From contig CM120640.1 in NCBI GenBank assembly GCA_051362555.1, forward strand, positions 4,340,001-4,404,000: a stretch of DNA of 64,000 nt. The letters run 5' to 3'. The DNA is from Lingula anatina. Its lineage: Eukaryota > Animalia > Brachiopoda. The position numbers were made by a program, and so were the translations under genes. The stretch's first letter is position 1. Every line of letters begins with the position of its first letter. Positions 50,408-64,000 of the stretch are shown piece after piece. Under the pieces are notes generated by a model, which was not told the DNA's origin, did not search any database, and saw only the letters and a list, made by a program, of their open reading frames with translations.

Positions 50408-53400
50408 ATGAGTAGTTTACACCCAGAAGTTTCTCACGTCGTTTTGGTGACAACAAGTCGTCAGGTGTTATTGGACGACTTGATAGTGTACTTTCAACAA
50501 GGAAGTATCGGCGGTGGCGATGTTGACGAGTCGAAAACGAAAGTACTTGGCAAAACCAATTTCTCTATTTATTTTGAGGATGATGCAGGTATTTATGTTT
50601 AGAAACACTTTTTTAATCTTGGTAATTTTCTCTGTGTTCACTTGTCGTTATTTAAGATTTTAATCAGGTTTAGTTGGAAACAAGGGCACGTGATGCGTTT
50701 ACAGTATGTTTATAGAAAAATTGGAAAATCCAGGAAAGGGGGGGCTTCGTTTTGTGTGTAATGACTACCCTAGTTCATACCATGATCTTCTAAATTTGGC
50801 AGGATTTAAGTGCTTTACGCATTAGTAGACTTGGAATACCACCTGCAGAAATTTATATGAAGTTGTAAATGGTCTTACACAACCTGCAGTATTGGAACTG
50901 TTTCAGAGAAGAGGATCACACTGTGATCTTACTTTTAGAGGGAATGATATTCTTAATATACTTGAGACAAATAGAAAAAAATCAATAGTATACTTAGGGT
51001 CAAAAATATGGAATAATATACCAGAGGAAATTAAACAATGTGTTTCTCTGAATGAAGTGAAAACAAAGATGAAAAATGGGAATAAATTAAGGACCTAAGT
51101 GCAGGTGTAATCTTTGCAACATGTATGGATAACGATAAATTTGCACGGAAATATTGATATCTAAAAGATAACTTAAATTACAAGTTGAAATCATGTATAA
51201 CACTGTGTCAACTGTTATGCTTAAATTTACTGTGGTGATTTCAATCACTGGACAAGAAGTAGTAGTAGTAGTAGTGGTAAACATTGTATCATTATTTAAT
51301 TTATTCAGTGTGAATCACCTAATGTTTGTACATTCATTTTTTTTAAACGAAATAAACTTTATTGTTTTGTATTGTATTGTTCACCGTGATTTTGTATCTT
51401 TTTTGTAATTGCTTTAAGAAATAAACGCCTGCCCCGTTCATAAAATGAATTTGAAATTTATTGGTTTAGTTACTGCGTGTCCTCCTTATTGCCTACTTTT
51501 GTTAAGTCTTTTTAATTTGTGTTTTCCTCTTTAAAGAGCTCCGTTCAAGACAAGGAAGACACTTCAGTATGATACACAAGTTTCTATAGTAAGAATTTCT
51601 ACAAGAGAACTGCAAAGGAGATTTTTGGGACCTTGTTTGTTAATATTATAATAAGTATATTTTCAGCCTTTTTCTTTAAAGAAACTAACCTATAACTTGC
51701 CTGTAATAATGAAAACAACTTATTTCATAGTTGCAGCAAAAGTTCTCCAGAATACACACACAATCCAGTCAGAAGGATCACCTGTTGAAGTTAATGTGTC
51801 CCCCTGTACAGTAGAGATTGCCAAGCAGCACAAGTTGCTTTCAAATGAAACAACTACTGGTAAAGTATCACCAGCCTCATCTAGCAGTGACAGCTTCATC
51901 ATCCTCGATAAAGAAGGGAATGAGGTCGAAGGAGAGAGTAATGGTCCAAGTTCATTGAAAGCTTATCCAGAGGTATGAAGTATTATATATTGTCCTTTAA
52001 ACTATAGACTTATCATTTGTTCAGTCTAGTTATAATAAGTGAAGTAATAACTTATGTATACAAAATGCCAGGTCCTTGTTTGAGTAAGAAGTGCCCTTAA
52101 TTTCAGATTTGATCTCAGTTTTTATTTATGAGAGAAACGTTTAATTTATACAGAATCCACAGTCCCAGCTCCTCGCAGAGAGAGGCATTGACAGTGACAA
52201 CCAGGACAGGGTAAAACAAGCAGACGAAAAAACCAAAAATCAATTTGTCTCTGTCGAACATTTGGCAGAAAGTATGTCTGGCCTAAATCTAGTTGGTACT
52301 TTAGAGCATGAACAGACAAATAAACCAGATGAAAAGCAAGTCGGAATGAAGAAGGTCAAAAATAAAATGGATCAGTTTGAGAGGAAAAAAGGGAATGATG
52401 GCACACAAGTGCCTCCTGCAGAAATGTACATATCTGGTGGTGGTAGTGATGCAGAACCCAACATGGAGCAAGAAAGTGGGAAAACATATACCAGTGGTGG
52501 GCAAAACAAAGATAAAATACAACAGTCACATCCATCTCAAGTCTTGCGTCCCCATTCGCTTCATGTAAGAATACCTGAGGGTGGTAGTCATGCAAGTGAA
52601 CAACAACTCACGCTGAGTTCCATGCCATTTCGGTCACTAACACAGAGTGAAGAGTTCCGTTTAAAACCAGGGCATTCACCATCTCCAGTGAACACTGATC
52701 TGCCAGAAGTTCACCAGCTGGGAACTGGTGCCAAATATGCTGCTACAGAGGAAAGAATGGGAAAAAGTTATCTTCCAAATTTGTCATGCAGTTCTGCAGG
52801 GCATACTGATGACATGAAAAGTGCCAGAGGGAACCCACAGCAGACACAAAGCACAGCTTTTAGGGAATACAGAGAAAACAGTCAAGCCCAGACACAACCT
52901 GCCACAACACAAGACATTGAGGAAGAATTTGGAAGAAAAAGATCGACAGGGCATACAAATATTGGTCACCTGCATCCAAACACCAACCTTACTGGTAGCA
53001 ACTACATTGTGACCAATGAGGATCCTGTCCAGAGCTCTGGTCACACACATCACCACAAATACAGTCAGCCACCTCCCATAACCCGTTCCGAACCCCATAT
53101 TCAGCAGGATCCTGGTCACTCTGCAGGTGGTCATGCTGGTCAAATTCATCAGTATGGAGGGCCGCAAGAAAAGATGACCATTCCAGGAGATGTACGTGAT
53201 CCACAATCAGGGCAATCTTCCCCATGGCTTCTTCACTCTCCTCCTAGTGGTGATCAAACCAAGCAGGTGCCCCATACGACACAAAGTATACAAATACCAA
53301 AGACAAGAGAGTCAGCAGATAGAGGGAGAGAAAGGGATTTACCCCCACAAGCTGAACAATTGATACCTCAAGATAAATTGATTCAGATGTTATCAAAGAC

Positions 53401-56400
53401 CTTGCCGGCCACGGTACATTCTCAGCTTGGCCTTACAGGAGAACAACTGAGCCACAAAGACTTGGCAGCTATGTTGCTGAGCTTAGCTAATGAAAATGCA
53501 ATGCTAAAAGCACAGCAGCTACCAGATTGTGATGAAGATACAAAAAAGTCTGTTGCTACAAGTAAGGAAATTAGTTTTATTCATTTATTAATTAATTGTT
53601 TGCTGCATTGCCATTTCTGTTACTGTTCTGATTTATTCTAACATTATTATTATAATGAAAAAATTAAAGTGTGAAGTTCCTCAAATTTAACTATTTTTTA
53701 AAATAATTTTTATTGCATTTTTTAAAAATGCATGTTACATTAACTAGTGAAATATATTGTAAAGAAGGTAAATCAAGTAAATATAAAGTATCATTTAAAG
53801 AATAAAACCTTTCATTTGGTAGATGAAGCCAAGGCAGTAGGAGCACCACAGATGGGTGCTGAAGAGGAAAATCTGCCACACCTCCAGCATGAGAAAGAAG
53901 GTTAGCATTGATTCTGCAAAAGAAGGAGATCAGCAACAGATTGGCACTGAAATAGTTTTTATAGCCATGTACATGTTTTAGAACTTGTTTTAAACATGGT
54001 GTCAAGCCAAAAATGTAATAATGATGGTACCTTAGTACACCTGCCTTTCCCATTGGCTTAGCAGCCATTTCTCACTAACAAAACTTTGAAAATTTAGTGG
54101 TGCAAAATTAACTGACTTTTGGCCTTATTTTGGGGACAGCTGTTCAGCCATCAGATAATTATTCATTTAGAAATATATTAAGGGTTACTTTCTGGAGTCT
54201 TGAAAGCTAACTGCAGGTGCGTACGGAAGCCGTCTTCCAGGGTCTTTCGGAGAGGGTCAGAATTTTTAAAGTGTACATTGACCATGTTTTTTTCTGTCGC
54301 AAGACAGATTAAAATGGAGGATGGATCAACAAAAACAATTTGGAAGACTGTCAGATAAGATTTCTGGATTTGCCCCTGAACTGATTTGAAAGTGTTCATT
54401 AGCAGCATGTAAGTGAAGAAGGGTATTTAGGATACAAACTAGATAGCTTAGCAGCATTTTGTTGTGATATGTCTCATTTATATATTTATAGTCATAAGTA
54501 AAATCTCAGAATTAATCAATTCAGATATTTTGAGATTAAGAGACAATTGGCATATTTTCAGTGGTAGAGGAAAGAAGTACAAACGCCGAGTTAACAAATC
54601 CTGGCAGAAGTATTTTAGTTGAAGTCATTATGTCTGGACCTGCAGAGCAGTTTGAGGAAGAAGAACTGAAATTCTTGTTTGAAAGTGCCAAACGTACTGG
54701 AGGGGGAGACATTGACAAGTTTTATTTTTACCGTGATAAAAAGAAACTTATCATTAGATATGAGAAGAATAAAGGTATGTTTTAGTGAAGTAAAAACTGA
54801 CAGCACTTATTTACAATTAATGAGAATTGATTGTTAATGCCAAGAATAATGAACTTCAAATTTATGAAAAATCAATGATAATTAAAGTACTTAAAAGACA
54901 AGTTATTATATTGAAATTTCTGTATGAACATTAACAGGTTTTTCAGAAACCCTTTGTGGTTTTCATCTAATTTTCACAACTGAAATCTGTCAGCAATCCA
55001 ATAACCAGTTTAATTAATTTTAACATTTGAGTTAGTGTTTACTTATACTTTTAAGATAAAGCCTTTTCTAATCATATTCAAACTCCATATCATTTATTTA
55101 TTTTATTTAAGATGATAAGAATGGTAAAATTGTTATCCAATATATAAATTTCAGATGCACAAGGTGTTTTGAAAAATGGATCTTTTGACTATGAAGGGGT
55201 AAGATTTACCCCCACATTGTACCAGTCTCCAAAACCAATGCAGCAGCATCAAAAACATGTCCAAGAGCATTCCCACAGTTCAACTGCTGCAGGCTTGGAG
55301 CATTTTGGAGCCCCCCCTTCGGAAGCAATAAGCACTCTGAAAGAAGAAGTGTCTCAATCCCAAACACAGATCCAACAAGATCCAGTGGTACATCCTCATC
55401 AGCTTTCAGAAGAAGAAGAACAAAAATCAGAAGAACATATTGGTACAATAGAAGTCAGAGGTTTCAAGGAAACTACGACTGATGAGGTTATAAAATATTT
55501 CTTCAAGAGCAAGAAGAGATCTGGGGGTGGTAAAATCAAAACTATCGAGATCAAGAGAAAAGAAAATAAAGCCCTCATTACCTTTGAGGAGGCAAAAGGT
55601 AACTTTTAGTTGTTTCACGGATTTTCATTTTATGATTTTCATTTTGATAAAATCTGGAGTCACTACAAAGAAAGAGGCATTAAGAGAAATGTGGCACATT
55701 TGCATAAAAGAATCTTTTGGGAATCTTGCCGTGTGATGTTGACCATATTACCTAGTTATTTTTTGCACACTGCACTAGAAAAGTTGTAAATGATGGTATG
55801 TTGTTCCAGTTGTATCCCGAATAATACAAAGAGGCACCTTGACATTGGAAGACTCACCTCTTCAAATCTGTGAGTTACTTGTCCCCCAAAAGCCTGCCAA
55901 AGTGAAGACACCATTGGAACCCAACAAACTACTTTTGAGGGGCCTGTTGCCAACAACCACTCCAGACTGCTTGAGGTTATTTTTAGAGCACATCATTGAG
56001 CAGGACACATTTGATATTGTGTATGGACCACAACCAGGTGTCATACTGGTAACTTTCCAGGAGAAGATAGGCAAGTTATCTTATCCTATTTTTTTTCGTC
56101 AAATTTGTATGGGCATTCTGTCATCTTGTGCCTTTATATCGGTATCATCAGCATGAATATTGCAGGGGCAGATGCAGATTTTCCAAAAAAAAAAATCTCA
56201 ATAATGATATTTGTGTGACACATCTTCTTGCTGCATAATTTGTGCATGTGTTTGTAATTTTGAATTACGCACTTCCTTCAATTCCCTCTCCTACTGGAAA
56301 AAAATATGTCAAAAACAATGTAATTTGATTAATGTTTAAGCATATCACGCATGATGCTACTGTGGGATTACCTGTCTTATAATTTAACATAGAGCTGTAG

Positions 56401-59400
56401 AAACTTTTTATTATAAAAAAGTCGAGAGTTAATTTTTTAAGTGATGCAATTTGAATTGCAATTTTAAGTGTTTTAATTTTGGGCATTTCAAGATGTATAA
56501 TATCTTATTGGGAGACAGTAGTGTTTGAAAATTAATCCCATCTGATAATCTACCATAGAACTTTTTGTATTATACAATTTAAAACGTTTGTTTTCTCTTA
56601 GATGTATATATTGAGATTGCTTGTGAGTAATATTATTAAAGTCAGCTATGATAGCAGTTGTTTAAATCTAGACTTTACGTTTGTTTTCAGATTTTGAGGT
56701 TGTCCAAAGAAGGATCCAGAAAAAGAAAAACAAACAAAATTCAGAATTTAGTAATGTCGATGCTGAACAGGTCTACTTTCCAAGTGCTGTACAGGTCCAT
56801 GACCTACCTCCTAAAACCACAAAAGATGCCCTAGAAATCCACCTGGAAGCTCAATGTGACAGTGATGCCCATGCGAATGTTATTCAGCTAAATGCTGATA
56901 AGGGATATGCTGTGGTTGAGTTTTCTGATTACAGAGGTATTCAGATCTTTGATTTTCTTATACACATGGTCATTAACTCTGTTTTTAACTGAATGAATTA
57001 TTATTAATATATTGTGTTTATATTAATTTAATTTGTGCAACATAGCTTTCACTTGCTTTTTTTACACCTAAGTTATGCTGGGGCAAATGTGTTTTTCAAT
57101 TTTTTTAAATGTAAAACACCATTTTAAGATAAACTGATAAAAAATAACTAACAAAAAGTATATTCATGCTTGCATGACATTATTTTTGTAAAACTGAACA
57201 AAATATTAATATATGCATAATAATTAATGCAAAGCTTCAGTATTTGAATGGTATAATTATTATTATTATTATTATTATTATTCAGATATTGGGCCTTTAT
57301 TGACAAAGGAGCACAGAGTAAACGGACAAGTGATCACTTTAAGTCTCTATTATCCCTTTTTTGGAGAGACCTCTCCAGCCTGGGACCCCAGCTCCCCTCA
57401 TCTGCCAACCCCAGGGCCTGTTATAGTGAAAGTCAACCCAGCCTTCCTTAAGTATGTTCACAAACACCCTCAAGTTCATGGGAGGAAGTTTGCAGATGTT
57501 CTTGAGAAAGCACATGCCCAAGCCCAGTTCACTGATGATGGAGAACTCCGTCTCTCTTGCACCATCACAGATGGTGCCATGGATGCCTTTGCACTGATCC
57601 GAACATGGGAACAAGATGCTGTATTGAAAGTCCAGGATTTTTTTCAGCATTACTCACATGAGGTTTTTCAAATTCAACCAGATGCATGGAATAACGTTGT
57701 GGAAAGAATTGCAGAGAAGCACTTAGTGGAATCATGTGATATTATTGTGGATATGGACCCTGACACCATGAAAATTACCCTTACTGGTGAAAATGAAATG
57801 GTAATGCTGCTGTCAAATCAAGTGAAAGTCATTCATGATGCAGAAATGAAAGCAATAGAAAGGGAGAGGGAGAAAATAAAAGATGACATTTCTTTGGATG
57901 AATACAAGCTGAGACTATTGCTTGCTTTGAACTTTTTGAACAATATGGAGGAGCAGTTTCATGACCTATCCACCAAAATTGATCTTAAAAATGGCATTAT
58001 ATCCTTTGAAGGGGTTCAAGCAGATGTTAGGAATGCTAAGTTGCAAATGTATGAGAGAATTACAACATTAGTTGAAGGCAAGGTTTCTCTGTCTCAGTTG
58101 ATGATTGACTTCTTGAAATTTCAAGAATGTCAAGATTATCTTGATCAGTGCCTTAAGTCAAGTGAAGTAGTTGCTGTGTGGACCTTTGGCGATAAAGAAA
58201 TATCACTGTACGCACAGTCAAGAGACCAGTTAGAAACTGCAAATGCTATCATTTTGAGGGAGGTTCAAGAAAAGACCTCTGAGTTAAATGCAGAGTCTCA
58301 GTCATTGTTGAAGTCAAAAAAGTGGCAGAAGATGTGTGACAGCCTCAATAAAGACTATCCTGGATTGTTGAAGATTTCTTCAAGTGCAACACATTACACC
58401 ATTGTGGCCCTGAAAAAAGACATGCAAAACATTCTTGGAAGAATTGACAGGTTTTTGGAAGAAAATACCATATTGACTGTATTTGAGCCAATGGAATATG
58501 GAAGAGTAAGCTACATGAAAAACTATATGATTGAAGGGCTGAGCAATATAACTGCGAGCCTAAAACCATCTGTCATTTCAGTTGAAGCAGACGACACCAA
58601 ATCAAAGCCAGGCATTTTGGTTAAAGGCACAAAAGATGGACTGAAGGAAATTATGCCAACTATCAAGGAGTTATCCAGTTCAGTCCAGAAATGTTCACAT
58701 CCTGTGGGAAAACCAGGCATGCCAAAGTTCTTTAGTGAAAAGAAAGGGCAGTCTCTGCTTGAGGGTGTCGCCTTGCGTACAAAAACCATCATTGAAGTTA
58801 ACCAGCCCGAGGAGACAACACCTCGAGTCATTACAGGGAAACGTGAGAACCAGGAGGCAGTGGAAACCAGGGTTGTGAGGAGTCAAGTGGTTCATAGCAG
58901 CGGAAAGAAATTCTTGGTGTGTAAAGGAGATATGAGCAAATACCCAGTTGATGTTGTGGTCAATGCAGCCAATGACCGTTTGGAGCATACAGGTGGTCTG
59001 GCAGGTGCTCTATTAAGAGCAGGTGAGAAGGTTACATTACATTATATATAAATTTTTTGAGATTTGGGTTTTGAAAAGGGCTATTTTTAGATAAACAAAG
59101 AAACATTTTTTGACGAAAAGAGATAAACTTGGAGGTTAACTGGTCCACAGATCCATAAAGATTTTGACTCCCCCCTCCCCTTCCCCACTGCCTCATCTCA
59201 GTTACTGACAGTAAGTGATATGATTTCGAACAGAATGTTACCAAGGTGATGTTGCTATGCCAACGGACACCTGACTAATTTTGTATCATTTGGTGTCAGT
59301 CATGGAAAGAAGGCTGACAGGGGTTAGGATGTCATTCCACACTCTGCAGTAATGACCCAATCAGATTGGACTGATTTTATGCCCTCATTATTAACCTGTT

Positions 59401-61141
59401 TGATTCATGTTCCAGGAGGCAAAGCAATCCAAGAAGAATCAAAAAAATTCCTTGAGAGACATGGATGGTCAAGGCTCATGGAAGGTCAGATAGCTTGGAC
59501 TGGTCCAGGGAAACTACCTTGTAAACTCATTATCCATGGAGTTGGACCTATGTGGGAGGGAGACAAAGCAGGAAAAGAGAGACTGCTCAAGGAGGTAGTC
59601 TACAAGGCTTTCGAAAAGGCTAACCAAGATGGCTTCAAATCCATTGCCTTTCCAGCCATTAGTTCTGGCATTTTTGGTTATCCTGTGGACAAAAGTACCA
59701 GGGCTATAGTTGAGGCTGCTGATATGAGTTGTAGTGAAAATCCAAGCTCCAGTCTCAAAGAAATTCACTTTGTTGATACATCTGATTCTACTGTTGATCT
59801 ATTTAGTAAGGCTGTCCACAGTGTTTTGGGGATCAGTAGTCAGTTTGGGCAGCCCAAGACCAGATACAGTGGATCACCAACATTAAGGGAAGGTAAATAG
59901 GTTGAATAGTTTTGGTATATTCTGTATTTAATGATTAGTTTGTTAGTGTAATGCAGGCCCGTAGCCAGCAGTTCCAAAAGGGGGGTTCTTTTTCTGAAAA
60001 AGTGGACATTTTACAAAGAAACATTCATGTACCTTGATAAAATTTTACTCAGAGGGGACCTTTTCCTGGCAAAAAGGGGGTTCTCTTGAACACTCCCCCC
60101 TCCCCCTGGCTACAGGACTGATTATGTTTATTTCTCCCATGCAATGCAAAAATTGAATTCTCCACTACTTTCCCTATAAATTATATGCTCATTCTGAGAA
60201 GTAATAACCAGGTGGATTGCAGTGTAATTTCTCTTTAACAAGCCAAAACTATTCATTAAGTTGTCATGATCATAGCCAATCTTTATGTTACATATTTTTT
60301 TAACCATTTATATTGATTTTACAAGTCGATGAATTATTTAGATACCAGAGGGGATGACAATGCTCAGTGGCAAGACCCAGATGATATAGATACAGATGAT
60401 GAGCTCCAGGCGGCAGTAGCAGGTGCAAGGGGTTCTCGCAGAACAACACAGAATACAGATTTCCAGCCAGGCCCTTCACCAGACTCTGTGGAGACAGCTG
60501 AAGGCATTACTGTGACTCTTGTAAAAGGGCAGCTAGCACAACAGCAGGTACAATTACTATACTGATTTACAGGGAAATAACTTTTTAAAATTTATTAGCA
60601 CCATATTTTGATACATTGATATTGTATAACAAATTGCTTTAAAACCCACACAAACTGTACTACTTCTGTGTATTTTATGCCTATATCATGACTGAGTTCA
60701 AGTGTATGCTTTTCAGTTAATACATATTTTCCATTTGATGAACCATCTCTGGAAATTTTATGCAGCTAGTTAGATGCCAGAATTTTTGTTTATGTGCTAT
60801 TACAATTTTTGTTATTGTTTATGTGCAGCTTAATGGTATTTAGTCAGCATATTTTTAATTCAGTTATTTCACATTGATGAATAACACACAATGCTTCATT
60901 CCAGGTTGATGTCATTGTCAATACCACTCACCAGTCCTTGAACCTTGGCAATGGGGCAGTGTCAAAGTCCATCCTGGTGACTGCTGGGCCTCAGATTCAA
61001 CAGGAGTGCAGTAATAAGTATCCTGGGGGAGTCAGATTTGGTGATGTGGCACCTACAAGAGGATATGGCAGGCTACAGTGCAAAATGGTGTATCATGGAG
61101 CTTGCTGTAACTATGATGGTGGGAAGGGACAGAGCGAACAG
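50408..61141 (+). CDS. PARP14: PARP14-like macrodomain mono-ADP-ribosyltransferase: RRM-like repeats, KH-like region, macrodomains 1-2; continues beyond the window
   Basis: Exons 50408-50588, 51731-51972, 52154-53561, 53823-53900, 54562-54774, 55155-55598, 55810-56070, 56691-56936, 57286-59022, 59416-59892, 60342-60547, 60905-61141 give 1910 codons with all phases consistent. Motifs: YFQ..GGGDV, FESAKRTGGGDI, FKSKKRSGGGKI, VDVVVNAAN..GGLAGALLRAGG, AFPAISSGIFGYP, VDVIVNT..GAVSKSI. WWE and PARP domains are not in the window, so exact orthology is uncertain. Confidence 0.85.
50760..51380 (+). mobile_element. Decayed CR1-type LINE 3' fragment in PARP14-like intron 1
   Basis: SIVYLGSKIWNNIPEEIKQCVSLNEVKTKMK is followed by a C-x-C-x-x-C remnant, AATAAA and a (TATTG)n-like tail. 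The 5' boundary is approximate. Confidence 0.7.
54214..54378. mobile_element. Second copy of the 7235-7406 MITE family
   Basis: Shared internal sequence and CTGGATTTGCCCCTG right end. Confidence 0.7.
59954..60120. mobile_element. MITE with CAGGCCCGTAGCCAG / CTGGCTACAGGACTG termini
   Basis: Imperfect 15-bp TIRs; a related copy lies at 18308-18484. Confidence 0.7.
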
Positions 61142-61147
61142 GTGCAC

Positions 61148-63922
61148 TTTTTTATGTACAGACACAGATGTGTCTGTACATATTGCCATCACCTGCGTCT
61201 GTCGTCGCCGTCGTCGCCGATGGCGATGCCGATGCCGATGCCGTGCACTTTCCTTGTAAACACGATAAGTGGAACACAGTTTTATTTTTTGCTTTTATAT
61301 TTACAGAGCTGATAAATATTCATAAAACGCAGGTCAAGTTCGAAAATCAGCATGATCGGGCCATTATAGTAGAAGTTATGCTGTTTTTTCACTTTTCAGC
61401 ATATATGCAACCCTGTAAACACATTTTAAGGAAAACCGTTAGGCCTGTTGTCATGTTACTCACAGGAGTAATCAATCTTACTAAAACGCAGGACAAGTTG
61501 ATATGGTTTACATCAAGGTTCAAGGCAAATAGAAAAAATGTAGCAAATGCCAACATTTGCATGGGAGATGTTCTTATAAAACCATCTAGTTCTGTAAAAG
61601 ATCTGGGAGTTACCCTCGATGAAAATGGCACTATGGGCAAGCGTGTATCTGAAGTGTGTAAATCAGCATCTTATGCACTATGGCGCATTGGAAAAATAAG
61701 GAAAGTGTTAGATAACAAAACCACTGAAAAATTAGTACATGCATTTATATCAGCAAGATTAGATTACTGCAATAGTCTCCTCTTTGGTATTTGTGACTAT
61801 CAGATTAAAAAGTTACAAGTTATTCAAAACTCAGCTGCAAGACTGGTTTGTCAAATTAAGTACAATAGTACACACCATATCACTCCCATTCTGAAAGAAT
61901 TACACTGGCTGCCTGTGAAGCAGAGGATTGATTTTAAAGTACTCTGTATTATTTTTAAGGCGATCCATTCACAAGGACCATTATATTTATCTGATCTTAT
62001 CTGTTTTAACTTACCACGGCGGTCCACACGTTTTAATACTGAGAATGATTTTATTTTAGAACATTCTGTTTTAGAGAAGGGGTGCCTAAAAAGTTATGGA
62101 GATCGTGCTTTTATAATCTACGCCCCAAGAGTGTGGAATGGTCTACCAAATTTTATTAGGAAAACAGAAGACTTTGACAATTTTAAATCTCTTTTAAAGA
62201 CCCACTTTTTTAATTCTGTCTATATCTCTTAGATTTTATTTTAATATATATATGTTTTTTTTTTTTTTTTTTAATAAGATTGATTTTTAGTAGTGTAAAT
62301 TTTAAATGGTTTCCAATGAGAGTTTATGATTAAAATATTGTAGTCATTTTAATGATTTTAGTATATTAGCCATAATTGTAAGGCGCCTTGAGATAGAATG
62401 TAAGGCGCCATATAAGAATCTTATTATTATTATTATTAAGTTCGAAAATCGGCATGATCAGGCCACTATTTTAGTAGTTATGCTGATTTTTTCATTTTTC
62501 AGCATATATGCAACACTGTAAACACAATATAAGAAAAACAGATAAGCCAATTGTCATTAAACTCACAGGAGTGGCCAATCTTACTAAAATGCAGGTTAAG
62601 TTCGAAAATCAGCATAATCGGGCCATTATTTTAGAAGTTATGCTGTTTTTTCACATTTCCTCAGATTCAGTTCTTAGGCATGTTAATAGCCTTATTATTT
62701 AACTAATTAGATACGTAAAAGTGTTTGTTTGACATTTCCTGCATCTTTACAACATTGTTAGTTGATTATGTAAAAATTATGGTAAACTTGTTATCGTGTT
62801 TTGTGTAATAAAGTGTCAAAAATGGAAATAAACTCATATTATTGCAGTTTGTCAGATTCAATCATCCACTATGTTCAGAATCTCAGAATGGAGGAAATTG
62901 GACATTTAACACTGTTCTATTGATATTTTTCCCATCTCATCAATTTTTTTAGTTGATCATATAAAAATTGCAGTAAACTGTTTATTTTGTTTTATGTTAA
63001 AAAAAGTGTTAAAAATGGAAATAAACCCATGTCAGAACAGTGCTGTCTTGTTTACATTTTGGCATTTTCAAGGTGTGACTTTGAAGTTCCATTGGCCTGA
63101 AGACCTTTGCTGGTCACGTTTTCTGAATGTCCATGTTACTAATATTTTATTATTAAAAATTGATGGTCATTATGCTGTTAAACATTATATGTAATGTTGC
63201 ATCAAAATTTGAAGAAACCCCTATTTTGGGCACTGCTCCCATGATGACCATTTCAGAAAAACCATGTCACTTACTGTTTTCAAACTTACAGGAAAGAAAC
63301 ATGGGACTAAAATACAGCTTCAGTAGGCAATGCAGTCTGTTTGGTAATTCTTACTGCCAGTTAAACAGTTTTTTTGTGACACTTTAATTTTTCACATATT
63401 GGCATTTTCAAGGTGTGACTTTGAAGTTCCACGGGCTTGAATACCCATGCTAGTCACATTTTCTGAAAATACATGATACGTATATTTTATTATTAAAAAT
63501 TGATGGTCATTATGCTGTTAACCATTATGTAATATTACATCAGAATAGAAGAAAACACAATTTTGGGTGCTGCTGCCATGATGACCATTATGGGAAAACT
63601 ATGTTACTTATGATTGCCAAACTTTCAAAAAAGAAATACAGGACTAAAAATGCAGCCTGAGTTGGAAAAACGGTCTAATTGGCTTCTTTTTCTGGAAGTT
63701 ATACATTTTCAAAGTGCGAGCTTGAACTCCCATGGGCCTGAAGCCTTATGCTTGTTACACATTTTACTTACATTGGTATTACCTGTTGAGCATTATTAAA
63801 ATTTGATGTTGAATTTGCAGTTTAACATAATGTACTTTTGCATCAGAATTGACAGTAGCCTATTTTGTGCATAGTTATTTCCTGCTTTTTGTCTGTACAT
63901 TTGACAGCTTTGCTGCCTTGTT
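61148..63922 (+). mobile_element. HINE copy 4, longer variant, interrupted by an L2 insertion
   Basis: Same head, repeat units and 3' subTIR/hairpin (TGTCTGTACATTTGACAGCTTTGCTGCCTTGTT) as copies 1 and 3. Confidence 0.85.
61500..62437 (+). mobile_element. 5'-truncated L2-clade LINE nested in HINE copy 4
   Basis: Uninterrupted frame VKDLGVTLD..LVHAFISARLDYCNSLL..LQVIQNSAARLV..HITPILKELHWLPV..YGDRAF..APRVWNGLP..FKSLLKTHFF. L2-type 3' stem GCGCCTTGAG..AAGGCGC plus (TTA)n tail. AAGTT is duplicated at 61495-61499 and 62438-62442. Confidence 0.9.
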
Positions 63923-64000
63923 TATTCACATGTTTAACATTTATTTGTTTTGATCTTAGCTACATGGTTTAAGAAACTGTGCTATAGCTTTTACTTGATA

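Noticed and set aside
52301-59768. Many antisense and alternate-frame ORFs over the large PARP14-like exons (also 36050-36454 and 32331-32561 over the receptor gene)
   Set aside because: They are shadows of the real coding exons, with no independent splice structure or motifs.

Overview
AT-rich, intron-containing animal genomic DNA. The transposon families suggest a marine invertebrate, probably a lophotrochozoan; this is inference. By manual exon reconstruction the window holds six protein-coding genes: (1) the 3' part of Nemo-like kinase NLK (+, 631-13046); (2) the pseudophosphatase STYXL1 (-, 17024-21406), head-to-head with (3) mitochondrial MDH2 (+, from 21775), which has two intact, diverged, tandem terminal exons (26717-26842 and 27817-27951); (4) FKBP6/shutdown (+, probably 30373-48948) with an R3H-like C-terminal extension; (5) an orphan type-I receptor (SUEL-like lectin domain, mucin stalk, TM, tyrosine-motif-rich tail; -, 31779-36998), apparently nested antisense in FKBP6 intron 1; (6) the 5' part of a PARP14-like RRM/KH/macrodomain gene (+, from 50408, running past the window). 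Mobile DNA includes two TTAA-flanked Kolobok-type elements. One has perfect 37-bp TIRs, THAP and P2X7-ballast-like remnants, and sits inside a splice acceptor. There are also four copies of a Helentron/DINE-like non-autonomous element, a second Helentron-like family, 3' fragments of RTEX-, CR1- and L2-type LINEs, and several MITEs. Homology calls come from motifs I recognise; no database search was run.
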